Shown in pieces: positions 10,954-18,293 of a stretch of 32,000 bases of DNA. How positions within the stretch are numbered: position 1 is the first letter of the stretch; each line of letters opens with the position of its first letter. The notes beneath the pieces were generated by a model that was given only the letters and a program-made list of their open reading frames with translations, searched no databases and was not told the origin of the DNA. The stretch lies in assembly GCF_001306055.1 (NCBI RefSeq), contig NZ_LGHJ01000019.1:60001-92000 (forward strand), in the 5' to 3' direction. Source of the stretch: Bellilinea caldifistulae. Its GTDB lineage: Bacteria; Chloroflexota; Anaerolineae; Anaerolineales; Anaerolineaceae. Position numbers and translations under genes: made by a program.

Positions 10954-11023
10954 CGCGCGGGGTAGACGGTTCTCCTGAAATGAGCATCGCCTGTCCCGCG
11001 CGAATCTTGTTTTCCACAAGATT
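10954..11023 (+). terminator. Two intercistronic stem-loops after the binding-protein gene (partial terminator / mRNA stabiliser)
   Basis: CGCGCGGG (10954-10961) pairs with CCCGCGCG (10995-11002). AATCTTGT (11003-11010) pairs with ACAAGATT (11016-11023) and is followed by a T-rich tract. Confidence 0.4.
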
Positions 11024-11054
11024 TCTTATTCTCTATCATATGTAAGGGAATCCA

Positions 11055-12134
11055 ATGATCGCTTACACAATTCGCCGCTTGTTACTGGCAATTCCGGTCA
11101 TGTTCGGGATTCTGGTGGTTACTTTTACGCTTTCCCGCATGATCCCAGGCGATCCATGTAAAGCCATGCTGGGAGAAAAAGCCACCGCCGAAGTCTGTGA
11201 TCGTTTTCGTGCCCAATATGGCTTGGATAAGCCGATCCCGGTCCAGTTGGGAATTTACATGGGAAATGTACTCAAAGGTGATTTCGGCATGTCTATCCGC
11301 TTTAGTCGTCCGGTCACCATTATCCTCATCGAGCGGCTGCCAACCACCATTGAATTAGGGCTGACTTCGCTGATGATTGCCGTGCTGGTGGGAATACCGG
11401 CAGGTATCCTCTCTGCTGTTAAACGCAATTCGATCATTGATGTCATCACCATGGTTGGAGCCAACATTGGCGTTTCCATGCCGGTTTACTGGCTGGGATT
11501 GATTCTGGCCTATGTTTTTGCATTGCTGTTAAAGGACACACCTTTCTGGTTACCACCCACCGGCAGATTATCAGCCGGCCTTGTCAGTGTTCCCTTCTAT
11601 CAGGTTTTGGGATGGGAATTTCCAAAAGAATCCTTCCGCTATCATCTGGTTGAGTTTATCAGTAATCTCTACATTCTCAATTCTCTGCTTACCAGAGACT
11701 GGGTGGTATTGAAAGATGCCATCCAGCATTTGATCCTTCCTTCGGTCGCCCTGAGCACCATTCCATTGGCAATCATCGCCCGTATGACTCGTTCCTCCAT
11801 GCTGGAAGTGCTCAAGCAGGATTACATCCGCGCCGCCCGTGCCAAAGGTCTTTTGCGAGGAACGGTGATTTTCAAACATGCTTTTCGCAATGCCCTCTTG
11901 CCAATTGTAACTATCATAGGCATTCAGGTAGGCACGCTGTTTGCCGGGGCGGTTCTGACCGAAACCATCTTTGGCTTGGCAGGGGTCGGTCGGATTCTCT
12001 TTGAAGCCATCACCGCCCGGGATTTTCCCATCATTCAGGCATTTACGGTGGTCATCGCAGCCGGTTATGTCATTGCCAATTTGATCGTGGATTTGTCCTA
12101 CGTGCTGATTGATCCCCGCATTCGTCTCGAATAA
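11055..12134 (+). CDS. ABC transporter permease (DppB/OppB-like)
   Basis: 359 aa, N-terminal MIAYTIRRLLLAIPVMFGI... pattern typical of BPD_transp_1 peptide permeases. Operon context. Confidence 0.9.
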   Translation: MIAYTIRRLLLAIPVMFGILVVTFTLSRMIPGDPCKAMLGEKATAEVCDRFRAQYGLDKPIPVQLGIYMGNVLKGDFGMSIRFSRPVTIILIERLPTTIELGLTSLMIAVLVGIPAGILSAVKRNSIIDVITMVGANIGVSMPVYWLGLILAYVFALLLKDTPFWLPPTGRLSAGLVSVPFYQVLGWEFPKESFRYHLVEFISNLYILNSLLTRDWVVLKDAIQHLILPSVALSTIPLAIIARMTRSSMLEVLKQDYIRAARAKGLLRGTVIFKHAFRNALLPIVTIIGIQVGTLFAGAVLTETIFGLAGVGRILFEAITARDFPIIQAFTVVIAAGYVIANLIVDLSYVLIDPRIRLE

Positions 12135-12154
12135 CTTGATGTTTAGGTAGAAAA

Positions 12155-13093
12155 ATGGTAACCGATTTGAAAGCAAATCAGATTAAACAAAAAGATTACC
12201 GCTCCAATAGTTTATGGCGGCTGACTTTGCGGCGCATCTTCCGTCAGCGTTCGGCCATTTTTGGCATGGCTCTCCTCGGTTTTTTGATTTTTATCGCAAT
12301 TTTTGCCGAAGTCATTGCCCCATATGACCCCATTCAACCCTTGATCGGTATTGAAAACGTCAGTAAACGCGAAGCACCCTGCATTCACCTGTTTGGCTGC
12401 CCCAAAGATCGCCCCCAACACATCATGGGAATTGACGGTAATGTTCGTGATCAATTCAGCCGGGTACTTTACGGTTCGCGATACTCGCTCTATGTGGGCT
12501 TTACTACGGTTTCGTTTGCAATTCTGGTCGGCACGCTCCTGGGAGCCATTTCTGGCTACTTTGGAGGCTGGTGGGATAACATCATCATGCGCTTGATGGA
12601 TGTGTTAATGGCATTTCCTTCCCTGCTGCTGGCGATCACCATTGTTTCAGTACTTGGTCCCGGCTTAGAAAATGCACTCTTAGCCATTGCCATCGTGGCG
12701 ATCCCAGTCTATGCGCGGGTGGTACGCGCCAGTGTGTTATCTGTTAAGGAACAAGCTTATGTTGCAGCCTCGCTTGCGTTAGGTGGAAGCCATTTTCACA
12801 TCCTGCTTCGCCGTATTCTACCCAATGCCATTCCACCACTGATTGTACAGGGTACATTGGGAATCGGCACCGCCATTCTGGATGCAGCGGCTCTTTCCTT
12901 CCTCGGATTGGGCGCTCAGCCCCCTACCCCCGAATGGGGTACCATGCTCGGCACGGAGCGCAATCAGGTGTTTACGGCTCCTCATCTGGTTTTCTTTCCC
13001 GGTGCTGCAATCATGATCACCGTGCTGGCATTCAACCTCTTGGGTGATGGACTTCGGGATGCCATTGACCCACGCTTAACCCACCAAAAATAA
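12155..13093 (+). CDS. ABC transporter permease (DppC/OppC-like)
   Basis: 312 aa. Conserved EAA-like loop region (ASLALGGSHFHILLRRILPN). Operon context. Confidence 0.9.
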   Translation: MVTDLKANQIKQKDYRSNSLWRLTLRRIFRQRSAIFGMALLGFLIFIAIFAEVIAPYDPIQPLIGIENVSKREAPCIHLFGCPKDRPQHIMGIDGNVRDQFSRVLYGSRYSLYVGFTTVSFAILVGTLLGAISGYFGGWWDNIIMRLMDVLMAFPSLLLAITIVSVLGPGLENALLAIAIVAIPVYARVVRASVLSVKEQAYVAASLALGGSHFHILLRRILPNAIPPLIVQGTLGIGTAILDAAALSFLGLGAQPPTPEWGTMLGTERNQVFTAPHLVFFPGAAIMITVLAFNLLGDGLRDAIDPRLTHQK

Positions 13094-13112
13094 CAGGCAG
13101 GAAGAACTGATC

Positions 13113-14138
13113 ATGACTTATCAAAATACACCGCCACTCCTGCAAGTCCAAAATCTGAAAACTTATTATTTCACGGATGACGGGGTTGTAAAAGCCGTTG
13201 ATGGGGTGGACTTTGAAGTCTATCCCGGCGAGGTATTAGGTTTGGTGGGCGAATCTGGCTGCGGAAAGAGTGTCACCTCCCTTTCCATCATGGGTCTGAT
13301 TGAGCCACCCGGTAAAATCATGGATGGAAAAATTATCTTCGATGGTAAAAATCTGCTGGAAATGCCCGAGAAGGAAATGGCACAGGTGCGCGGTAAGAAC
13401 ATCTCCATGATCTTTCAGCAGCCACAAACCAGCCTCAACCCCGTGTTTACCATCGGTGAGCAAATCAGCGAGATTTTGAAAATCCACAGCACGTTAAGCA
13501 AACAAGAGCTTCAACGACGCACGCTGGAATTGTTGCAAATGGTGGGAATTCCCGATGCGCACCGAAAAATCAATGCCTATCCCCATGAAATGTCCGGCGG
13601 GCAGGCTCAGCGGGTGATGATTGCCATGGCGTTAGCGCTAAATCCGCAATTGTTGATTGCTGATGAACCCACCACTGCCCTGGATGTCACCATTCAAGCC
13701 CAAATCCTGGACTTGATGCGGGAACTCCGCAACCGCACCGGTACAGCCGTGATTTTGATCACCCACGACCTGGGGGTGATTGCAGAGATGGCCGACCGCG
13801 TAGCGGTGATGTATGCAGGAAGAATTGTCGAACAAGCCGATGTGAATACCTTATTCAGCACACCCCGTAACCCTTACACACAGGGTTTGATCGAATCTGT
13901 CCCCGTCCTCGGACAGATCAAAGAAGAGCTAGCCACCATTCCCGGAAATGTCCCCAATCTTGTGGATTTACCACCCGGCTGCCGCTTTGCTCCACGTTGC
14001 ACCGCCCGCGAAGCATATGGACTGGAGATCTGCAATCAAATTGAGCCGGATTTACAATCTGTGGAAAAAGCAGACCATTTCGTCCGCTGCTGGTTGTATC
14101 AGGACGGGAATGGCCACAACGCACCGCTCAAACGATAG
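13113..14138 (+). CDS. ABC transporter ATP-binding protein (DppD/OppD-like)
   Basis: Walker A GESGCGKS, signature SGGQAQR, Walker B LLIADEPTTALD, C-terminal oligopeptide-type Cys-containing extension. Confidence 0.9.
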   Translation: MTYQNTPPLLQVQNLKTYYFTDDGVVKAVDGVDFEVYPGEVLGLVGESGCGKSVTSLSIMGLIEPPGKIMDGKIIFDGKNLLEMPEKEMAQVRGKNISMIFQQPQTSLNPVFTIGEQISEILKIHSTLSKQELQRRTLELLQMVGIPDAHRKINAYPHEMSGGQAQRVMIAMALALNPQLLIADEPTTALDVTIQAQILDLMRELRNRTGTAVILITHDLGVIAEMADRVAVMYAGRIVEQADVNTLFSTPRNPYTQGLIESVPVLGQIKEELATIPGNVPNLVDLPPGCRFAPRCTAREAYGLEICNQIEPDLQSVEKADHFVRCWLYQDGNGHNAPLKR

Positions 14139-14156
14139 GGTTAGAAAGGGAAATGG

Positions 14157-15173
14157 ATGAACACACAGGTTAAAAAGTCTCCAGCCTCGTCTGAAGATCT
14201 GGTCGTCGTCAAGAATTTGGTCAAGTATTACCCGGTTTATGGCGGTATCCTGAAGCGCGTGGTGGCACATGTGAAGGCTGTGGATGGAGTCAGTTTCACC
14301 ATTCGCAAGGGTGAAACACTCGGTCTGGTAGGTGAATCGGGTTGCGGAAAGACCACCGTTGGGCATACCATGCTTGGGCTGATCAAGGCTACCAGCGGCC
14401 ATGTCTATTTTGATGGGATTGATCTGCTCAAGTTGAAAGGAAGCGCACTCAAAGAAATGCGCCGAAACATTCAAATTGTCTTTCAGGATCCCTACTCTTC
14501 ACTGGACCCTCGCCTGCCAATCGGTGAATCGATTGTAGAAGGTTTGAAAATCCACAATATTGGCACAGAACAGGAACGTTTCGAGCGGGTTCTTGCGGTT
14601 TTGAAAAAGGTCGGGTTGGAAGACTATCATGCCATGCGTTATCCGCATGAATTTTCTGGCGGTCAGCGGCAGCGCATTGGGATTGCGCGCGCCCTTATCC
14701 TTCAACCCAAATTTATTGTGCTGGATGAACCTGTTTCCGCTCTGGATGTTTCCATTCAGGCACAGGTACTCAATATTTTACGCAATTTACAACGCGAATT
14801 TGGTCTGACCTACTTATTCGTAGCCCATAATCTGGCAGTGGTAGAGCATATTTCTGATCGGGTTGCGGTCATGTATTTGGGAAAAATTGTCGAACTGGCC
14901 GATCGTGAAGCGCTTTTCCGCTTACCCACTCATCCGTATACCCAGGCCTTGATGTCGGCAATTCCCATCCCAGACCCGCGTGTTCGCCGCAAACGGATGA
15001 TCCTTCCCGGCGATGTTCCCAGCCCGTTGAACCCTCCCAGAGGCTGCCGCTTTCACCCCCGCTGTCCCTTTGCGCGTCCGAATTGTTCCCAGGAAGAACC
15101 GCCCCTACGAGAAATCCAGCCCGATCACTTTGTGGCCTGTCATTATGCGGAGGAGTTCATTCAGCCCGCCTGA
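14157..15173 (+). CDS. ABC transporter ATP-binding protein (DppF/OppF-like)
   Basis: Walker [10 protein letters not shown], signature SGGQRQR, Walker [14 protein letters not shown]-terminal [12 protein letters not shown] motif. Confidence 0.9.
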   Translation: MNTQVKKSPASSEDLVVVKNLVKYYPVYGGILKRVVAHVKAVDGVSFTIRKGETLGLVGESGCGKTTVGHTMLGLIKATSGHVYFDGIDLLKLKGSALKEMRRNIQIVFQDPYSSLDPRLPIGESIVEGLKIHNIGTEQERFERVLAVLKKVGLEDYHAMRYPHEFSGGQRQRIGIARALILQPKFIVLDEPVSALDVSIQAQVLNILRNLQREFGLTYLFVAHNLAVVEHISDRVAVMYLGKIVELADREALFRLPTHPYTQALMSAIPIPDPRVRRKRMILPGDVPSPLNPPRGCRFHPRCPFARPNCSQEEPPLREIQPDHFVACHYAEEFIQPA

Positions 15174-15248
15174 ATTGGATTGGTCAACCGACGTCTAACC
15201 CCCAATCATCCCCCCGTGGACACCCCGTGAAAGGCAATGTTGTAAAAA

Positions 15249-15660
15249 GGGGGGCTGATGGGGGTCGAACCCATCTCATCCCCTTCCGGGGACTACCACC
15301 TGAAAAATGATTTCTTAAAAAAAAGGGGTGGCTGATGGGGGTCGAACCCATCTCATCCCCTTCCGGGGACTACCACCTGAAAAATGATTTCTTAAAAAAA
15401 GGGGTGGCTGATGGGGGCCAACCCATCTCATCCCCTTCCGGGGACTACCACCTGAAAAATGATTTCTTAAAAAAGGGGTGGCTGATGGGGGCCAACCCAT
15501 CTCATCCCCTTCCGGGGACTACCACCTGAAAAATGATTTCTTAAAAAAGGGGTGGCTGATGGGGGCCAACCCATCTCATCCCCTTCCGGGGACTACCACC
15601 TGAAAAATGATTTCTTAAAAAAAGGGGTGGCTGATGGGGGTCGAACCCACAACCACCTGA
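15249..15660 (-). repeat. Tandem array of tRNA 3'-fragment units (five full 74-76 bp units plus a partial terminal copy)
   Basis: Units start at 15249, 15325, 15401, 15475, 15549 and 15624. On the minus strand each reads ...CAGGTGG TAG TCCCC-GGAA-GGGGA TGAG ATGGG-TTCGACC-CCCAT CAGCCAC C CC, that is variable arm + T arm + acceptor 3' strand, followed by an A/T-rich ~25 nt tail. Units 3-5 carry a variant (GGCCAACCC) that damages the T loop. No matching acceptor 5' strand (GTGGCTG) is present anywhere in the array. Confidence 0.9.
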
Positions 15661-15667
15661 TATACGA

Positions 15668-16519
15668 TCAATCTAATCCTACGAGTCGCGGTATTGGCAA
15701 ATATGGTTTTATGTCATCTATCGTCAGTCCGCGGGTGTAACGTTCTACCATTTCGATTGATGACCAGCGTCCTGCTATTTGTACGATCCGTGATGGTGCG
15801 CCGTTGCGTGTTGTCATAATAGCAAACGTGCGCCTCAAATCGTGGGGAGATAATTTAGACAATCCAGCATTTTTGGCCCAGCCTCGAACAATGACTTTTA
15901 GCCCATCCCTGGTAAGTTTGTTGCCTGGTGTGTTGCCACCAACAGAACAGAAGACATAACGAAATGATTTAGATACGATCCGTTTGCGTTCAGCAAGCCA
16001 GGCGATAAGAACCTGTCTCGTATAGTCCGAAAATGTTGCATTACCCCACTTGCCGCCCTTAATGATCACGGATAGATGGCAGGCATCAAGGTCGAGATAT
16101 TTAATTTCTAGATTGCAAACTTCTGAACAGCGCAGGCCTGTATCCAGCAGTACGCAGAATATCGCCAAATCTCGTTTTCCCTTCGGCGTGGCTGTGTTGA
16201 ATGATTCAAGTATTTTGACAACACTGTCATCGCCCAAAAAACGTTGCGGTGCTGTATCCCTGCGCTTGATTTTCAAATTCAATGCAGGATGACTATCACC
16301 ACATCGCCAGCGCAAATAAGACCGTATGGCACAGTACGCAACCCAGCGATGGTTATCTCCCCAATCGTTGTGTTTGTATAGCCAGTATCGTAGTTGCTCT
16401 GGCGTTAGTCTCAACAAATCGCCAATTTCGCGTTCGGCAAGACCAAGTAGTCGCCTATACGACTCAATAGTACATTGAGAATATGCCTTGGAGTTTAGAA
16501 AATCGGTAATGTCTGACAT
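15668..16519 (-). CDS. int: Tyrosine recombinase / phage-type integrase
   Basis: Catalytic pattern present: R in TGLRCSE, KGGKWG, HDLRRTF, GRWSS, ERY. Preferred start is the ATG at 16519, 7 nt after GGAGG (the track extends to a TTG at 16549). The stop lies 8 nt from the last tRNA-fragment copy. Confidence 0.9.
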   Translation of the reverse strand: MSDITDFLNSKAYSQCTIESYRRLLGLAEREIGDLLRLTPEQLRYWLYKHNDWGDNHRWVAYCAIRSYLRWRCGDSHPALNLKIKRRDTAPQRFLGDDSVVKILESFNTATPKGKRDLAIFCVLLDTGLRCSEVCNLEIKYLDLDACHLSVIIKGGKWGNATFSDYTRQVLIAWLAERKRIVSKSFRYVFCSVGGNTPGNKLTRDGLKVIVRGWAKNAGLSKLSPHDLRRTFAIMTTRNGAPSRIVQIAGRWSSIEMVERYTRGLTIDDIKPYLPIPRLVGLD

Positions 16520-16578
16520 GGCGCAACCTCCGAGGTGCGCATTGTGCAAGTTACATACCGAAAAACAACCGATATTGT

Positions 16579-16636
16579 TACAAATCCGATAATTAGCGGT
16601 TACAAATCCTATAACTATTATAGAAGCAACAAATCC
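16579..16636 (+). promoter_or_regulatory. Three direct repeats of (T/A)ACAAATCC in the int / structural-operon divergent region
   Basis: TACAAATCC at 16579-16587 and 16601-16609, AACAAATCC at 16628-16636. A fourth TACAAATCC sits at 17979-17987, upstream of the 52-aa gene. Confidence 0.4.
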
Positions 16637-16647
16637 ATAATCAAATT

Positions 16648-16785
16648 ATGACAACTCTGTTTTATATGCCTATATCACGCGAGTTTGTCATCCTGATCGT
16701 GGGAGTTTTGTTTTATTGCATATCGGCTGTGATCATTACATTTGGCATATCACAACTGATTGATCACCTTGTCGGGAAAGAATAA
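16648..16785 (+). CDS. Small hydrophobic protein, 45 aa (below the ORF-track cutoff)
   Basis: MTTLFYMPISREFVILIVGVLFYCISAVIITFGISQLIDHLVGKE. One TM helix. Its TAA overlaps the ATG of the next ORF (TAATG coupling). No clear SD. Confidence 0.4.
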   Translation: MTTLFYMPISREFVILIVGVLFYCISAVIITFGISQLIDHLVGKE

Positions 16786-16976
16786 TGGACCCAACCCCAA
16801 CCCCGCTGCCAACTCCCATGTGGATGACGGATATTCAATTGGCTGATACCGTCCAATTTCACATGGAACGATCAATTACCTATGGGCAGATGGCGGTTAT
16901 ATCCGCCATTATGCTTTTGCTCGTTATTGTCATCATCGTGGCGCTGTTGATTGTGGTCAAGGAGTGGTTGCAATGA
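16785..16976 (+). CDS. Small membrane protein, 63 aa (Pro/Thr-rich N-terminus, C-terminal TM helix)
   Basis: ORF track. C-terminal MAVISAIMLLLVIVIIVALLIVV helix. ATGA overlap with the next gene. Confidence 0.6.
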   Translation: MDPTPTPLPTPMWMTDIQLADTVQFHMERSITYGQMAVISAIMLLLVIVIIVALLIVVKEWLQ

Positions 16977-17650
16977 GGAAATTTTCAATAACAACTCTAT
17001 TGTTGTTGCTATTGGTTACTCCCAACAACGTTGTTCATGCCGCTGTACCAACAGGATACATTGAAACCATTAGTGATTGTACTGGCGTTATTACTGGGTT
17101 TGCATGGGACCCGGATTATTCAATTGGTGGTGTAGTTGTTTATGCCATGCTAAATGAAACAACAACGCCTTCTACATTAACGGCAATTGCTTATACAGTG
17201 TCCAGGTCGTCAGACAAATATTTTGAGCTAACGATTCCTTCTAAATATCGCAACGGCACAACTATATATATTCGGGTTCAGGATGTCAACAGTAAAAACA
17301 CACCGACTGGTATATACACTACGATAGGAACGCTTTACATGAATTGCGTTACAAATACGCCAACTAAAACTAGAACCCCAACAGCAACGCCAACTAAAAC
17401 CGCAACTATTACACCTACGGCGACATTCACTAATACGGCAACTCTTACAGTTACACCAACGGAAACCAGTACGGCAACTCCAACGATCACTCTAACACCA
17501 ACACCAAAAGCCACCATTCCAATACCAACATTCACGCCCGTGTTTGAGATTGCTATTGCCACAGATACGACCTTTGTAGTTTACGGCATTGTGGGATCGG
17601 GAGACGTGGCAGCCGCCAGTTTTTTTTGCTCGCGGCACTCGTACTATTGA
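16973..17650 (+). CDS. Exported protein with a ~100-aa globular domain and a long Thr/Pro-rich linker (225 aa)
   Basis: AAGGAG 9 nt before the ATG at 16973. Signal peptide MRKFSITTLLLLLLVTPNNVVHA. TP-rich segment encoded at 17351-17539. Short hydrophobic C-terminus. Confidence 0.75.
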   Translation: MRKFSITTLLLLLLVTPNNVVHAAVPTGYIETISDCTGVITGFAWDPDYSIGGVVVYAMLNETTTPSTLTAIAYTVSRSSDKYFELTIPSKYRNGTTIYIRVQDVNSKNTPTGIYTTIGTLYMNCVTNTPTKTRTPTATPTKTATITPTATFTNTATLTVTPTETSTATPTITLTPTPKATIPIPTFTPVFEIAIATDTTFVVYGIVGSGDVAAASFFCSRHSYY

Positions 17651-17678
17651 TATTCGGCATAGGTGGAGTAACTAAAAA

Positions 17679-17816
17679 ATGGCTGCACTAGAACCATTGA
17701 CAATGGACATTCTTCAAAATGCGTTTTACGGATTTTGCCTGGTATTGACGGCGATCACCGTTAGCCACCTACTGGTTCGTCAATTGAAATGGTTTTTCTG
17801 GATAGATGATGAATGA
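17679..17816 (+). CDS. Small hydrophobic protein, 45 aa (below the ORF-track cutoff)
   Basis: GGTGGAG 10 nt upstream of the ATG. MAALEPLTMDILQNAFYGFCLVLTAITVSHLLVRQLKWFFWIDDE. One TM helix. Confidence 0.5.
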   Translation: MAALEPLTMDILQNAFYGFCLVLTAITVSHLLVRQLKWFFWIDDE

Positions 17817-17961
17817 AGAGTTTGCCTATTTCCAGATAGCGATGGCGTATGTATTCGGGCCAATCATTCAATGGATGATTGCGCTATTCCTCGCCATGGG
17901 ATTCATGGCCGCGTCATTCGTTATCTGGTTAGGATTACTACGAAAGATGTCCAAGTTATGA
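17806..17961 (+). CDS. Small hydrophobic protein, 51 aa (below the ORF-track cutoff)
   Basis: MMNEEFAYFQIAMAYVFGPIIQWMIALFLAMGFMAASFVIWLGLLRKMSKL. Acidic N-terminus, hydrophobic core, basic C-terminus. Overlaps the previous ORF by 11 nt. Confidence 0.45.
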   Translation: MMNEEFAYFQIAMAYVFGPIIQWMIALFLAMGFMAASFVIWLGLLRKMSKL

Positions 17962-18043
17962 AAGGGGGTGATCCACTCTACAAATCCAAACGTTTAAGCC
18001 TTTTGTATTCAGACCAAACTAAACAGAAAGGAGGTGAGTCCCC

Positions 18044-18202
18044 ATGCTGTCGTTCAGCCTTGACTTTTCGGGCGTGTTCTCGAACGCATCCCAGATCGTC
18101 AACGGTCTGTTTCCCGTGTACCTGGTCCCTCTGGGTATCACCCTGGGCATCGGTATTCTGGGCGTGATCGTGAAGGCTTTTTCCTCGATTATTCGCGGTT
18201 AA
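18044..18202 (+). CDS. Small hydrophobic protein, 52 aa, with a near-perfect ribosome-binding site (below the ORF-track cutoff)
   Basis: AAAGGAGGTGA ends 5 nt before the ATG. MLSFSLDFSGVFSNASQIVNGLFPVYLVPLGITLGIGILGVIVKAFSSIIRG. One TM helix and a basic tail. Followed by a 13-bp perfect hairpin. Confidence 0.65.
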   Translation: MLSFSLDFSGVFSNASQIVNGLFPVYLVPLGITLGIGILGVIVKAFSSIIRG

Positions 18203-18237
18203 GCCGAATCTGTCTGCGTTCAAAACACACCACCCCA

Positions 18238-18276
18238 CCTCATGGGGGCTGCCTCAGGTGGGTAGCCCCCATGAGG
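18238..18276 (+). promoter_or_regulatory. Perfect 13-bp stem / 13-nt loop hairpin between the 52-aa gene and the 954-aa gene
   Basis: CCTCATGGGGGCT (18238-18250) pairs with AGCCCCCATGAGG (18264-18276). No T-tract follows. The SD of the next gene (AGGAGG, 18283-18288) starts 6 nt after the stem. CCACCT (18235-18240) can alternatively pair with AGGTGG in the loop (18256-18261). Confidence 0.6.
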
Positions 18277-18293
18277 CCATTCAGGAGGTTTGT

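Noticed and set aside
15249-15660. Could the tandem array be a CRISPR array?
   Set aside because: There are no unique spacers. The whole 74-76 bp unit repeats, including the A/T-rich part. The unit is recognisably tRNA-derived, and no cas genes are nearby.
15315-15740. Track ORFs 15315..15500 (-), 15335..15529 (+) and 15552..15740 (+), which encode repetitive peptides.
   Set aside because: They exist only because the 75-bp tRNA-fragment unit happens to lack stops in those frames. The peptide periodicity mirrors the DNA repeat. There is no SD, and both strands are open at once.
17335-17562. 75-aa minus-strand ORF (VGV-rich) and similar shadow ORFs at 22635..22835 and 22724..22969.
   Set aside because: They are reverse or shifted readings of the ACN/CCN-rich Thr/Pro linker coding sequence. 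These are compositional artefacts.
17871-18167. 98-aa track ORF spanning the gap before the 954-aa gene.
   Set aside because: - It has no SD.
- It overlaps, in other frames, two short ORFs that have a TM helix; the 52-aa one also has a strong SD.
- Its sequence is Arg/Cys/Ser-rich and low in complexity, which is typical of an off-frame reading.
16648-18202. Filamentous phage (inovirus), suggested by the ~50-aa coat-like proteins and the large downstream adsorption-like protein.
   Set aside because: - There is no Zot/pI-type morphogenesis ATPase and no rolling-circle Rep or ssDNA-binding gene in view.
- The ATPase present is a 615-aa FtsK/SpoIIIE type.
- The element is already larger than typical inoviruses.
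- I keep this only as a remote resemblance.
18238-18276. The 13-bp hairpin as a classical intrinsic terminator.
   Set aside because: No U-tract follows, and the next gene's SD begins 6 nt later in the same orientation. It is more likely an mRNA stabiliser, processing site or attenuator, so I list it as regulatory rather than as a terminator.
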